Origin: Nemertoderma westbladi
Taxonomy: Eukaryota; Animalia; Xenacoelomorpha
NCBI GenBank assembly: GCA_032718475.1
Contig: JAUCBJ010001977.1
Location: 70,305-134,304, forward strand
Direction of reading: 5' to 3'
DNA length: 64,000 bases
Both the position numbers and the translations under genes were made by a program. Under the pieces are notes generated by a model. The model ran no database searches. It was not told the DNA's origin and saw nothing but the letters and a program-made list of their open reading frames with translations. Positions 1 through 14,800 of this stretch are shown one piece after another (positions within the stretch are counted from its first letter, which is position 1; the number at the start of each line of letters is the position of its first letter).

Positions 1-72
1 TATGTAATAATGTATCGTTGTACATAAAATATTTCCCATTGGATAATCCTAAACCACATGATTCATGTAGGG

Positions 73-1345
73 AATCTACCAAGTACAATGACCAGACCAA
101 TCTACCAAATACAATGACCAGACCAATCTACCAAGTACAATGACCAGACCAATCTACCAAATACAATGACCAGACCAATCTACCAAATACAATGACCAGA
201 CCAATCTACCAAATACAATGACCAGACCAATCTACAAAATACAATGACCAGACCAATCTACCAAATACAATGACCAGACCAATCTACCAAATACAATGAC
301 CAGACCAATCTACCAAGTACAATGACCAGACCAATCTACAAAATACAATGACCAGACCAATCTACAAAATACAATGACCAGACCAATGTATCAAATACAA
401 TGACCAGACCAATCTACCAAATACAATGACCAGACCAATCTACCAAGTACAATGACCAGACCAATCTACAAAATACAATGACCAGACCAATCTACCAAAT
501 ACAATGACCAGACCAATCTACCAAATACAATGACCAGACCAATCTACAAAATACAATGACCAGACCAATCTACCAAATACAATGACCAGACCAATCTACC
601 AAATACAATGACCAGACCAATCTACAAAATACAATGACCAGAACAATTTACAAAATACAATGACCAGACCAATCTACCAAATACAATGACCAGACCAATC
701 TACAAAATACAATGACCAGACCAATCTACCAAATACAATGACCAGACCAATCTACCAAATACAATGACCAGACCAATCTACCAAGTACAATGACCAGACC
801 AATCTACAAAATACAATGACCAGACCAATCTACCAAATACAATGACCAGACCAATCTACCAAATACAATGACCAGACCAATCTACCAAATACAATGACCA
901 GACCAATCTACAAAATACAATGACCAGACCAATCTACCAAATACAATGACCAGACCAATCTACCAAATACAATGACCAGACCAATCTACAAAATACAATG
1001 ACCAGAACAATTTACAAAATACAATGACCAGACCAATCTACCAAATACAATGACCAGACCAATCTACAAAATACAATGACCAGACCAATCTACCAAATAC
1101 AATGACCAGACCAATCTACCAAATACAATGACCAGACCAATCTACCAAATACAATGACCAGACCAATCTACAAAATACAATGACCAGACCAATCTACCAA
1201 GTACAATGACCAGACCAATCTACCAAATACAATGACCAGACCAATCTACCAAATACAATGAATGACCAGACCAATCTACAAAATACAATGACCAGACCAA
1301 TCTACCAAATACAATGACCAGAACAATCTACCAAATACAATGACC
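73..1345. repeat. 26-bp tandem satellite (AATCTACCAAATACAATGACCAGACC), roughly 49 copies
   Basis: Unit starts at 73 and 99 (period 26). It shares the AATCTACCAA(A/G)TACA core with the adjacent 30-mer. Confidence 0.97.
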
Positions 1346-4300
1346 AATCTACCAAGTACATCATCTAGAAATAGAATCTACCAAGTACATTCACCTAGAA
1401 ATAGAATCTACCAAGTACATTCACCTAGAAATAGAATCTACCAAGTACATTCATCTAGAAATAGAATCTACCAAGTACATTCATCTAGAAATAGAATCTA
1501 CCAAGTACATTCACCTAGAAATAGAATCTACCAAGTACATTCATCTAGAAATAGAATCTACCAAGTACATTCAACTAGAAATAGAATCTACCAAGTACAT
1601 TCACCTAGAAATAGAGTACATTCACCTAGAAATAGAATCTACCAAGTACATTCACCTAGAAATAGAATCTACCAAGTACATCATCTAGAAATAGAATCTA
1701 CCAAGTACATTCACCTAGAAATAGAATCTACCAAGTACATTCACCTAGAAATAGAATCTACCAAGTACATTCATCTAGAAATAGAATCTACCAAGTACAT
1801 TCATCTAGAAATAGAATCTACCAAGTACATTCACCTAGAAATAGAATCTACCAAGTACATTCATCTAGAAATAGAATCTACCAAGTACATTCATCTAGAA
1901 ATAGAATCTACCAAGTACATTCACCTAGAAATAGAGTACATTCACCTAGAAATAGAATCTACCAAGTACATTCACCTATAAATAGAATCTACCAAGTACA
2001 TTCATCTAGAAATAGAATCTACCAAGTACATTCACCTAGAAATAGAATCTACCAAGTACATTCACCTAGAAATAGAATCTACCAAGTACATTCATCTAGA
2101 AATAGAATCTACCAAGTACATTCATCTAGAAATAGAATCTACCAAGTACATTCACCTAGAAATAGAATCTACCAAGTACATTCACCTAGAAATAGAATCT
2201 ACCAAGTACATTCACCTAGAAATAGAATCTACCAAGTACATTCATCTAGAAATAGAATCTACAAAGTACATTCATCTAGAAATAGAATCTACCAAGTACA
2301 TTCATCTAGAAATAGAATCTAACAAGTACATTCACCTAGAAATAGAATCTACCAAGTACATTCATCTAGAAATAGAATCTACCAAGTACATTCACCTAGA
2401 AATAGAATCTAACAAGTACATTCACCTATAAATAGAATCTACCAAGTACATTCACCTAGAAATAGAATCTAACAAGTACATTCACCTAGAAATAGAATCT
2501 ACCAAGTACATTCATCTAGAAATAGAATCTACCAAGTACATTCATCTAGAAATAGAATCTACCAAGTACATTCATCTAGAAATAGAATCTACCAAGTACA
2601 TTCACCTAGAAATAGAATCTACCAAGTACATCATCTAGAAATAGAATCTACCAAGTACATTCATCTAGAAATAGAATCTACCAAGTACATTCACCTAGAA
2701 ATAGAATCTACCAAGTACATTCACCTAGAAATAGAATCTAACAAGTACATTCACCTAGAAATAGAATCTACCAAGTACATTCATCTAGAAATAGAATCTA
2801 CCAAGTACATTCATCTAGAAATAGAATCTACCAAGTACATTCATCTAGAAATAGAATCTACCAAGTACATTCACCTAGAAATAGAATCTACCAAGTACAT
2901 TCACCTAGAAATAGAATCTACCAAGTACATTCACATAGAAATAGAATCTACCAAGTACATTCATCTAGAAATAGAATCTACCAAGTACATTCATCTAGAA
3001 ATAGAATCTACCAAGTACATTCATCTAGAAATAGAATCTACCAAGTACATTCATCTAGAAATAGAATCTACGAAGTACATTCATCTAGAAATAGAATCTA
3101 CCAAGTACATTCATCTAGAAATAGAATCTACCAAGTACATTCATCTAGAAATAGAATCTACCAAGTACATTCACCTAGAAATAGAATCTACCAAGTACAT
3201 TCATCTAGAAATAGAATCTACCAAGTACATTCACCTAGAAATAGAATCTACCAAGTACATTCACCTATAAATAGAATCTACCAAGTACATTCACCTAGAA
3301 ATAGAATCTACCAAGTACATTCACCTAGAAATAGAATCTACCAAGTACATTCATCTAGAAATAGAATCTACCAAGTACATTCATCTAGAAATAGAATCTA
3401 CCAAGTACATTCATCTAGAAATAGAATCTACCAAGTACATTCATCTAGAAATAGAATCTACCAAGTACATTCATCTAGAAATAGAATCTACCAAGTACAT
3501 TCACCTAGAAATAGAATCTACCAAGTACATTCACCTAGAAATAGAATCTACCAAGTACATTCATCTAGAAATAGAATCTACCAAGTACATTCATCTAGAA
3601 ATAGAATCTACCAAGTACATTCACCTAGAAATAGAATCTACCAAGTACATTCATCTAGAAATAGAATCTACCAAGTACATTCATCTAGAAATAGAATCTA
3701 CCAAGTACATTCACCTAGAAATAGAATCTACCAAGTACATTCACCTAGAAATAGAATCTACCAAGTACATTCACCTAGAAATATAATCTACCAAGTACAT
3801 TCATCTAGAAATAGAATCTACCAAGTACATTCATTTAGAAATAGAATCTACCAAGTACATTCCCCTAGAAATAGAATCTACCAAGTACATTCATCTAGAA
3901 ATAGAATCTACCAAGTACATTCACCTAGAAATAGAATCTACCAAGTACATTCATCTAGAAATAGAATCTACCAAGTACATTCACCTAGAAATAGAATCTA
4001 CCAAGTACATTCACCTAGAAATAGAATCTACCAAGTACATTCATCTAGAAATAGAATCTACCAAGTACATTCATCTAGAAATAGAATCTACCAAGTACAT
4101 TCACCTAGAAATAGAATCTACCAAGTACATTCACCTAGAAATAGAATCTACCAAGTACATTCACCTAGAAATAGAATCTACCAAGTACATTCATCTAGAA
4201 ATAGAATCTACAAAGTACATCCATCTAGAAATAGAATCTACCAAGTACATTCATCTAGAAATAGAATCTACCAAGTACATTCACCTAGAAATAGAATCTA

Positions 4301-7300
4301 CCAAGTACATTCACCTAGAAATAGAATCTACCAAGTACATTCACCTAGAAATAGAATCTACCAAGTACATTCAGCTAGAAATAGAATCTACCAAGTACAT
4401 TCATCTAGAAATAGAATCTACCAAGTACATTCACATAGAAATAGAATCTACCAAGTACATTCATCTAGAAATAGAATCTACCAAGTACATTCATCTAGAA
4501 ATAGAATCTATCAAGTACATTCACCTAGAAATAGAATCTACCAAGTACATTCACCTAGAAATAGAATCTACCAAGTACATTCATCTAGAAATAGAATCTA
4601 CCAAGTACATTCACCTAGAAATAGAATCTACCAAGTACATTCACCTAGAAATAGAATCTACCAAGTACATTCACCTAGAAATAGAATCTACCAAGTACAT
4701 CCCCCTAGAAATAGAATCTACCAAGTACATTCATCTAGAAATAGAATCTACCAAGTACATTCATCTAGAAATAGAATCTACCAAGTACATTCATCTAGAA
4801 ATAGAATCTACCAAGTACATTCACCTATAAATAGAATCTACCAAGTACATTCACCTAGAAATAGAATCTACCAAGTACATTCATCTAGAAATAGAATCTA
4901 CCAAGTACATTCACCTAGAAATAGAATCTACCAAGTACATTCACCTAGAAATAGAATCTACCAAGTACATTCACCTAGAAATAGAATCTACCAAGTACAT
5001 TCATCTAGAAATAGAATCTACCAAGTACATTCACCTAGAAATAGAATCTACCAAGTACATTCACCTAGAAATAAAATCTACCAAGTACATTCACCTATAA
5101 ATAGAATCTACCAAGTACATTCATCTAGAAATAGAATCTACCTAGTACATTCATCTAGAAATAGAATCTACCAAGTACATTCACCTAGAAATAGAATCTA
5201 CCAAGTACATTCACCTAGAAATAGAATATACCAAGTACATTCACCTAGAAATAGAATCTACCAAGTACATTCACCTAGAAATAGAATCTACCAAGTACAT
5301 TCACCTAGAAATAGAATCTACCAAGTACATTCATCTAGAAATAGAATCTACCAAGTACATTCATCTAGAAATAGAATCTACCAAGTACATTCACCTAGAA
5401 ATAGAATCTACCAAGTACATTCATCTAGAAATAGAATCTACCAAGTACATTCATCTAGAAGTAGAATCTACCAAGTACATTCATCTAGAAATAGAATCTA
5501 CCAAGTACATTCACCTAGAAATAGAATCTACCAAGTACATTCACCTAGAAATAGAATCTACCAAGTACATTCACCTAGAAATAGAATCTACCAAGTACAT
5601 TCACCTAGAAATAGAATCTACCAAGTACATTCATCTAGAAATAGAATCTACCAAGTACATTCATCTAGAAATAGAATCTACCAAGTACATTCACCTAGAA
5701 ATAGAATCTACCAAGTACATTCACCTAGAAATAGAATCTACCAAGTACATTCACCTAGAAATAGAATCTACCAAGTACATTCATCTAGAAATAGAATCTA
5801 CCAAGTACATTCAACTATAAATAGAATCTACCAAGTACATTCACCTAGAAATAGAATCTACCAAGTACATTCACCTATAAATAGAATCTACCAAGTACAT
5901 TCACCTAGAAATAGAATCTACCAAGTACATTCATCTAGAAATAGAATCTACCAAGTACATTCACCTAGAAATAGAATCTACCAAGTACATTCACCTATAA
6001 ATAGAATCTACCAAGTACATTCACCTAGAAATAGAATCTACCAAGTACATTCACCTAGAAATAGAATCTACCAAGTACATTCACCTAGAAATAGAATCTA
6101 CCAAGTAAATTCACCTAGAAATAGAATCTACCAAGTACATTCACCTAGAAATAGAATCTACCAAGTACATTCATCTAGAAATAGAATCTACCAAGTACAT
6201 TCAACTATAAATAGAATCTACCAAGTACATTCACCTAGAAATAGAATCTACCAAGTACATTCACCTATAAATAGAATCTACCAAGTACATTCACCTAGAA
6301 ATAGAATCTACCAAGTACATTCACCTAGAAATAGAATCTACCAAGTACATTCACCTATAAATAGAATCTACCAAGTACATTCACCTAGAAATAGAATCTA
6401 CCAAGTACATTCATCTAGAAATAGAATCTACCAAGTACATTCAACTATAAATAGAATCTACCAAGTACATTCACCTAGAAATAGAATCTACCAAGTACAT
6501 TCACCTATAAATAGAATCTACCAAGTACATTCACCTAGAAATAGAATCTACCAAGTACATTCATCTAGAAATAGAATCTACCAAGTACATTCACCTAGAA
6601 ATAGAATCTACCAAGTACATTCACCTATAAATAGAATCTACCAAGTACATTCACCTAGAAATAGAATCTACCAAGTACATTCATCTAGAAATAGAATCTA
6701 CCAAGTACATTCACCTATAAATAGAATCTACCAAGTACATTCACCTAGAAATAGAATCTACCAAGTACATTCACCTATAAATAGAATCTACCAAGTACAT
6801 TCACCTAGAAATAGAATCTACCAAGTACATTCATCTAGAAATAGAATCTACCAAGTACATTCACCTAGAAATAGAATCTACCAAGTACATTCACCTAGAA
6901 ATAGAATCTACCAAGTACATTCATATAGAAATAGAATCTACCAAGTACATTCACCTATAAATAGAATCTACCAAGTACATTCACCTATAAATAGAATCTA
7001 CCAAGTACATTCATCTAGAAATAGAATCTATCAAGTACATTCACCTAGAAATAGAATCTACCAAGTACATTCATCTAGAAATAGAATCTACCAAGTACAT
7101 TCACCTAGAAATAGAATCTACCAAGTACATTCACCTAGAAATAGAATCTACCAAGTACATTAACCTAGAAATAGAATCTACCAAGTACATTCACCTAGAA
7201 ATAGAATCTACCAAGTACATTCACCTAGAAATAGAATCTACCAAGTACATTCACCTAGAAATAGAATCTACCAAGTACATTCATCTAGAAATAGAATCTA

Positions 7301-8656
7301 CCAAATACATTCATCTAGAAATAGAATCTACCAAGTACATTCATCTAGAAATAGAATCTACCAAGTACATTCACCTAGAAATAGAATCTACCAAGTACAT
7401 TAACCTAGAAATAGAATCTACCAAGTACATTCACCTAGAAATAGAATCTACCAAGTACATTCACCTAGAAATAGAATCTACCAAGTACATTCACCTAGAA
7501 ATAGAATCTACCAAGTACATTAACCTAGAAATAGAATCTACCAAGTACATTCACCTAGAAATAGAATCTACCAAGTACATTCATCTAGAAATAGAATCTA
7601 CCAATACATTCATCTAGAAATAGAATCTACCAAGTACATTCACCTAGAAATAGAATCTACCAAGTACATTCACCTAGAAATAGAATCTACCAAGTACATT
7701 CATCTAGAAATAGAATCTACCAATACATTAACCTAGAAATAGAATCTACCAAGTACATTCATCTAGAAATAGAAATAGAATCTACCAAGTACATTCACCT
7801 AGAAATAGAATCTACCAAGTACATTCACCTAGAAATAGAATCTACCAAGTACATTAACCTAGAAATAGAATCTACCAAGTACATTCACCTAGAAATAGAA
7901 TCTACCAAGTACATTCACCTAGAAATAGAATCTACCAATACATTCATCTAGAAATAGAATCTACCAAGTACATTCACCTAGAAATAGAATCTACCAAGTA
8001 CATTCACCTAGAAATAGAATCTACCAAGTACATTCATCTAGAAATAGAATCTACCAATACATTAACCTAGAAATAGAATCTACCAAGTACATTCATCTAG
8101 AAATAGAATCTACCAAGTACATTCATCTAGAAATAGAATCTACCAAGTACATTCATCTAGAAATAGAATCTACCAAGTACATTCACCTAGAAATAGAATC
8201 TACCAAGTACATTCACCTAGAAATAGAATCTACCAAGTACATTCATCTAGAAATAGAATCTACCAATACATTAACCTAGAAATAGAATCTACCAAGTACA
8301 TTCACCTAGAAATAGAATCTACCAAGTACATTCACCTAGAAATAGAATCTACCAAGTACATTCATCTAGAAATAGAATCTACCAATACATTAACCTAGAA
8401 ATAGAATCTACCAAGTACATTCATCTAGAAATAGAATCTACCAATACATTAACCTAGAAATAGAATCTACCAAGTACATTCATCTAGAAATAGAATCTAC
8501 CAAGTACATTCACCTAGAAATAGAATCTACCAAGTACATTCATCTAGAAATAGAATCTACCAATACATTAACCTAGAAATAGAATCTACCAAGTACATTC
8601 ATCTAGAAATAGAATCTACCAAGTACATTCACCTAGAAATAGAATCTATCAAGTAC
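1346..8656. repeat. 30-bp tandem satellite (AATCTACCAAGTACATTCAYCTAGAAATAG), roughly 240 copies
   Basis: Period 30 is directly visible, with C/T variants interspersed. The array ends ~27 nt from the donor of exon 8684-8882. Confidence 0.98.
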
Positions 8657-8683
8657 AAATAAGTATCTCCCAAATAAACTAAC

Positions 8684-8882
8684 CTAGCAGGGAATATTCT
8701 AGTAATTCCACCAGATGTACCCACTAATATGTTAGTGACACCGATTTTCAACCACCTCTCGCATTGTGGAGGCGGGTCGTTGCCGCATAAAGTTGCATGG
8801 TTTTCAATATACTTGCCGGTTGCCATGGCATCGAGTATTAAGTGACTAATCATGTCCCGTTTTTTACGATCAAGTGGATCAC
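8684..8882 (-). CDS. CACNA2D: alpha2delta exon, 199 nt, phase 1 to 2: (C)DPLDRKKRDMISHLILDAMAT...GVTNILVGTSGGITRIFPA
   Basis: Acceptor ATATTTTTAG, donor GTTAGT; second Cache-domain motifs. Confidence 0.92.
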
Positions 8883-11800
8883 CTAAAAATATAAAAATAT
8901 TTGAACGCTTTAGGCAGCACCAGGCAAGACGAGGAAGACAGTGAACAAGGAAAACCGCGCTCAACTAACTATTATAGCTGTATACTGGTATAGGCTACAG
9001 TTTGTTGTACATGTTGGCTGACTACAACCCAATACACGTTGGCTGACTACAACCCAGTACACGTAGGCTGACTACAGCCCAGTACACGTAGGCTGACTAC
9101 AGCCCAGTACACGTTGGCTGACTACAGCCCAGTACACGTAGGCTGACTACAACCCAGTACACGTAGGCTGACTACAACCCAATACACGTTGGCTGACTAC
9201 AGCCCAATACACGTTGGCTGACTACAGCCCAATACACGTTGGCTGACTACAGCCCAATACACGTTGGCTGACTACAGCCCAATACACGTTGGCTGACTAC
9301 AGCCCAATACACGTTGGCTGACTACAGCCCAATACACGTTGGCTGACTACAGCCCAGTACACGTAGGCTGACTACAGCCCAATACACGTAGGCTGACTAC
9401 AGCCCAATACACGTTGGCTGACTACAGCCCAATACACGTTGGCTGACTACAACCCAGTACACGTAGGCTGACTACAACCCAGTACACGTAGGCTGACTAC
9501 AACCCAGTACACGTAGGCTGACTACAACCCAGTACACGTAGGCTGACTACAACCCAATACACGTTGGCTGACTACAGCCCAATACACGTTGGCTGACTAC
9601 AGCCCAATACACGTTGGCTGACTACAGCCCAATACACGTAGTCTATGCTAAGCTAGTTTTTCGATCACCCACCAATTTTTATACTGTTAGCTACTAGTTT
9701 TTTATCAATTTTTTCAAAATGTGAGCTGTTGTTAGCTAATTATTAAATGTTCTAAAATAAATTTTTTATCCTTGATCTTTTTTAAAAAAAAGTGAAAAAA
9801 ATCACATACATACATACTGTAGCTAATTGTTTATATTTTATTTTTGTATAAGTTCTAGAACATTAACATTATTCTAGAACGTTTTATAAAAAGTTAAAAA
9901 TCATTCGCAAATATAGCTAGTTTTTGCTATTTAACGGTCAGAAAATGTTCCCTATTCTTAAACTAGAAACGCAACGCAAGCGTTGCGGTAAGGAGCCCTT
10001 TTTACCGAGTTATGAAGACTCTGAAATTAGTATGGTTTTTTTATATATGTATGTTCAGTTTGTTTAACGTCGATTGGATCAACATTTCGGAGAGCTGGAG
10101 TAGAATTATAACCCGACATCTAGTAGGTTCATCCAAATTAGGTTAAAAATGAGTAAAGGCTTCAAAACGATCCTATTAAAAACGATTCTTATTATTATAT
10201 TAAAACGATTCTATTACAGACAGACGGACAGACAGGCGGTCATGATATTAGGCCCTATTACAGTACTAATTAAAATTGTGCACGAGTAGCTTCGCTGACT
10301 AATCGTGGCTCGTTACACAGTATATTAATTTAATACAACGTACGATGTTTCCCATAGTTCCATCGAACTTTTGTTATTGGGTTATTTAATACGCATGACC
10401 ATTCAGTTTGACAAAACATTAACTTTTGTTACATTATGTCAACGTAACAGCGTTCTGGTGAATTACTCGTAACGCTGCAAAGTACGTCAGTTGAGTTGAA
10501 TGACTTGGTAAGACCATCAATAGCCCCATAACACGAAAATTGCCATCATAGACTCAATGATAGAAATACCAGCTGGTGCGGATACGTCCAAACTACAGAT
10601 AAGTATTTTACTTGCCAAGTTTTAGTAATAAAAGTTTTAGTTGTGTTTATACTCACTCACACTATCACAGACAGTAATCAAACATCAACTGTTTATAATG
10701 TATTACCCCGTCAGCGGAATCTCTTCCCAGTGAATCCTATAGGAATATCTACAATGTTATACACACTGCTATGTTATATGGTAGGCCAGCTGAGTATTAT
10801 AAGCACAGGGCCGTTAATTAATTAATAGGGCTGCATTCAAATGGGTCAGGCCCGCCAATAATGCCCCTAAGCCAACTCTCTATGTATTCCTTTGCCACAG
10901 CAGTCAATGAATGTCTATATACATTTAATTTCGCGACAAAATAATATCAAAAAAACGAAATATATCGAATACCACTCATAAAATCGATCTGAAATTTTGT
11001 AACGCGATTATGAACCACCAAAACAATGTACTTGCAAAATTTAATCAAAAAAGCTAGGCAGGAAGTGTACGAAACTGCAATGGGGTAGACGACTCGGAAA
11101 TTTTTTGGTATTTTGATATTTTTGGATGTCAAACCAAAAACAGCTATTATGAAAGGCAGAATAATGGTGACACGGGCAACACTAGTACCAGTAACACTTT
11201 ACAGTGAACTGCCAAAAAATCTAAATAATTTCCATCTAGTGCTAATCTACCCATCCCGCATTGTTCGCTGTAAAAACAATTAAAAAATAGATTAATGAAA
11301 CGCCTGGCAGTATTTAGCTAGCTATATTTGTTCTTAGCTACAGCTCTACGGTACAGGTATGGGCGAAATAAATATTATTCTAGAATAATTAACTTGATAT
11401 AAATCAATTTGCCTCCATACCGCTATCCTATAATCGATTATTAAACACAACATAAATACACATCCAAATAAATACTTAGCTACATTTATTATTTGTTTTA
11501 TTTTAGATACTGCAATATTATACTTTATATTAGCCAATCAACTGCGCTTGACAACTGTTGCTGTGTTATGGCTGACAGCCCAGTACACGTAGGCTGACTA
11601 CAACCCAGTACACGTAGGCTGACTACAACCCAATACACGTTGGCTGACTACAGCCCAATACACGTTGGCTGACTACAGCCCAATACACGTTGGCTGACTA
11701 CAGCCCAATACACGTTGGCTGACTACAGCCCAATACACGTTGGCTGACTACAGCCCAATACACGTTGGCTGACTACAGCCCAGTACACGTAGGCTGACTA

Positions 11801-14800
11801 CAGCCCAATACACGTAGGCTGACTACAGCCCAATACACGTTGGCTGACTACAGCCCAATACACGTTGGCTGACTACAACCCAGTACACGTAGGCTGACTA
11901 CAACCCAGTACACGTAGGCTGACTACAACCCAGTACACGTAGGCTGACTACAACCCAGTACACGTAGGCTGACTACAACCCAATACACGTTGGCTGACTA
12001 CAGCCCAATACACGTTGGCTGACTACAGCCCAATACACGTTGGCTGACTACAGCCCAATACACGTAGTCTATGCTAAGCTAGTTTTTCGATCACCCACCA
12101 ATTTTTATACTGTTAGCTACTAGTTTTTTATCAATTTTTTCAAAATGTGAGCTGTTGTTAGCTAATTATTAAATGTTCTAAAATAAATTTTTTATCCTTG
12201 ATCTTTTTTAAAAAAAAGTGAAAAAAATCACATACATACATACTGTAGCTAATTGTTTATATTTTATTTTTGTATAAGTTCTAGAACATTAACATTATTC
12301 TAGAACGTTTTATAAAAAGTTAAAAATCATTCGCAAATATAGCTAGTTTTTGCTATTTAACGGTCAGAAAATGTTCCCTATTCTTAAACTAGAAACGCAA
12401 CGCAAGCGTTGCGGTAAGGAGCCCTTTTTACCGAGTTATGAAGACTCTGAAATTAGTATGGTTTTTTTATATATGTATGTTCAGTTTGTTTAACGTCGAT
12501 TGGATCAACATTTCGGAGAGCTGGAGTAGAATTATAACCCGACATCTAGTAGGTTCATCCAAATTAGGTTAAAAATGAGTAAAGGCTTCAAAACGATCCT
12601 ATTAAAAACGATTCTTATTATTATATTAAAACGATTCTATTACAGACAGACGGACAGACAGGCGGTCATGATATTAGGCCCTATTACAGTACTAATTAAA
12701 ATTGTGCACGAGTAGCTTCGCTGACTAATCGTGGCTCGTTACACAGTATATTAATTTAATACAACGTACGATGTTTCCCATAGTTCCATCGAACTTTTGT
12801 TATTGGGTTATTTAATACGCATGACCATTCAGTTTGACAAAACATTAACTTTTGTTACATTATGTCAACGTAACAGCGTTCTGGTGAATTACTCGTAACG
12901 CTGCAAAGTACGTCAGTTGAGTTGAATGACTTGGTAAGACCATCAATAGCCCCATAACACGAAAATTGCCATCATAGACTCAATGATAGAAATACCAGCT
13001 GGTGCGGATACGTCCAAACTACAGATAAGTATTTTACTTGCCAAGTTTTAGTAATAAAAGTTTTAGTTGTGTTTATACTCACTCACACTATCACAGACAG
13101 TAATCAAACATCAACTGTTTATAATGTATTACCCCGTCAGCGGAATCTCTTCCCAGTGAATCCTATAGGAATATCTACAATGTTATACACACTGCTATGT
13201 TATATGGTAGGCCAGCTGAGTATTATAAGCACAGGGCCGTTAATTAATTAATAGGGCTGCATTCAAATGGGTCAGGCCCGCCAATAATGCCCCTAAGCCA
13301 ACTCTCTATGTATTCCTTTGCCACAGCAGTCAATGAATGTCTATATACATTTAATTTCGCGACAAAATAATATCAAAAAAACGAAATATATCGAATACCA
13401 CTCATAAAATCGATCTGAAATTTTGTAACGCGATTATGAACCACCAAAACAATGTACTTGCAAAATTTAATCAAAAAAGCTAGGCAGGAAGTGTACGAAA
13501 CTGCAATGGGGTAGACGACTCGGAAATTTTTTGGTATTTTGATATTTTTGGATGTCAAACCAAAAACAGCTATTATGAAAGGCAGAATAATGGTGACACG
13601 GGCAACACTAGTACCAGTAACACTTTACAGTGAACTGCCAAAAAATCTAAATAATTTCCATCTAGTGCTAATCTACCCATCCCGCATTGTTCGCTGTAAA
13701 AACAATTAAAAAATAGATTAATGAAACGCCTGGCAGTATTTAGCTAGCTATATTTGTTCTTAGCTACAGCTCTACGGTACAGGTATGGGCGAAATAAATA
13801 TTATTCTAGAATAATTAACTTGATATAAATCAATTTGCCTCCATACCGCTATCCTATAATCGAGTATTAAACACAACATAAATACACATCCAAATAAATA
13901 CTTAGCTACATTTATTATTTGTTTTATTTTAGATACTGCAATATTATACTTTATATTAGCCAATCAACTGCGCTTGACAACTGTTGCTGTGTTATGGCTG
14001 ACAGCCCAGTACACGTAGGCTGACTACAACCCAGTACACGTAGGCTGACTACAACCCAATACACGTTGGCTGACTACAGCCCAATACACGTTGGCTGACT
14101 ACAGCCCAATACACGTTGGCTGACTACAGCCCAATACACGTTGGCTGACTACAGCCCAATACACGTTGGCTGACTACAGCCCAATACACGTTGGCTGACT
14201 ACAGCCCAATACACGTTGGCTGACTACAGCCCAATACACGTTGGCTGACTACAGCCCAATACACGTTGGCTGACTACAGCCCAATACACGTAGGCTGACT
14301 ACAGCCCAATACACGTTGGCTGACTACAGCCCAGTACACGTAGGCTGACTACAACCCAGTACACGTAGGCTGACTACAACCCAGTACACGTAGGCTGACT
14401 ACAACCCAGTACACGTAGGCTGACTACAACCCAATACACGTTGGCTGACTACAGCCCAATACACGTTGGCTGACTACAGCCCAGTACACGTAGGCTGACT
14501 ACAACCCAGTACACGTAGGCTGACTACAACCCAGTACACGTAGGCTGACTACAACCCAGTACACGTAGGCTGACTACAACCCAATACACGTTGGCTGACT
14601 ACAGCCCAATACACGTTGGCTGACTACAGCCCAATACACGTTGGCTGACTACAGCCCAATACACGTAGTCTATGCTAAGCTAGTTTTTCGATCACCCACC
14701 AATTTTTATACTGTTAGCTACTAGTTTTTTATCAATTTTTTCAAAATGTGAGCTGTTGTTAGCTAATTATTAAATGTTCTAAAATAAATTTTTTATCCTT

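Noticed and set aside
73-8656. CRISPR-like regular repeats and ORF 1340-1981
   Set aside because: Units are contiguous with no unique spacers, there are no cas genes, and the context is a eukaryotic intron.
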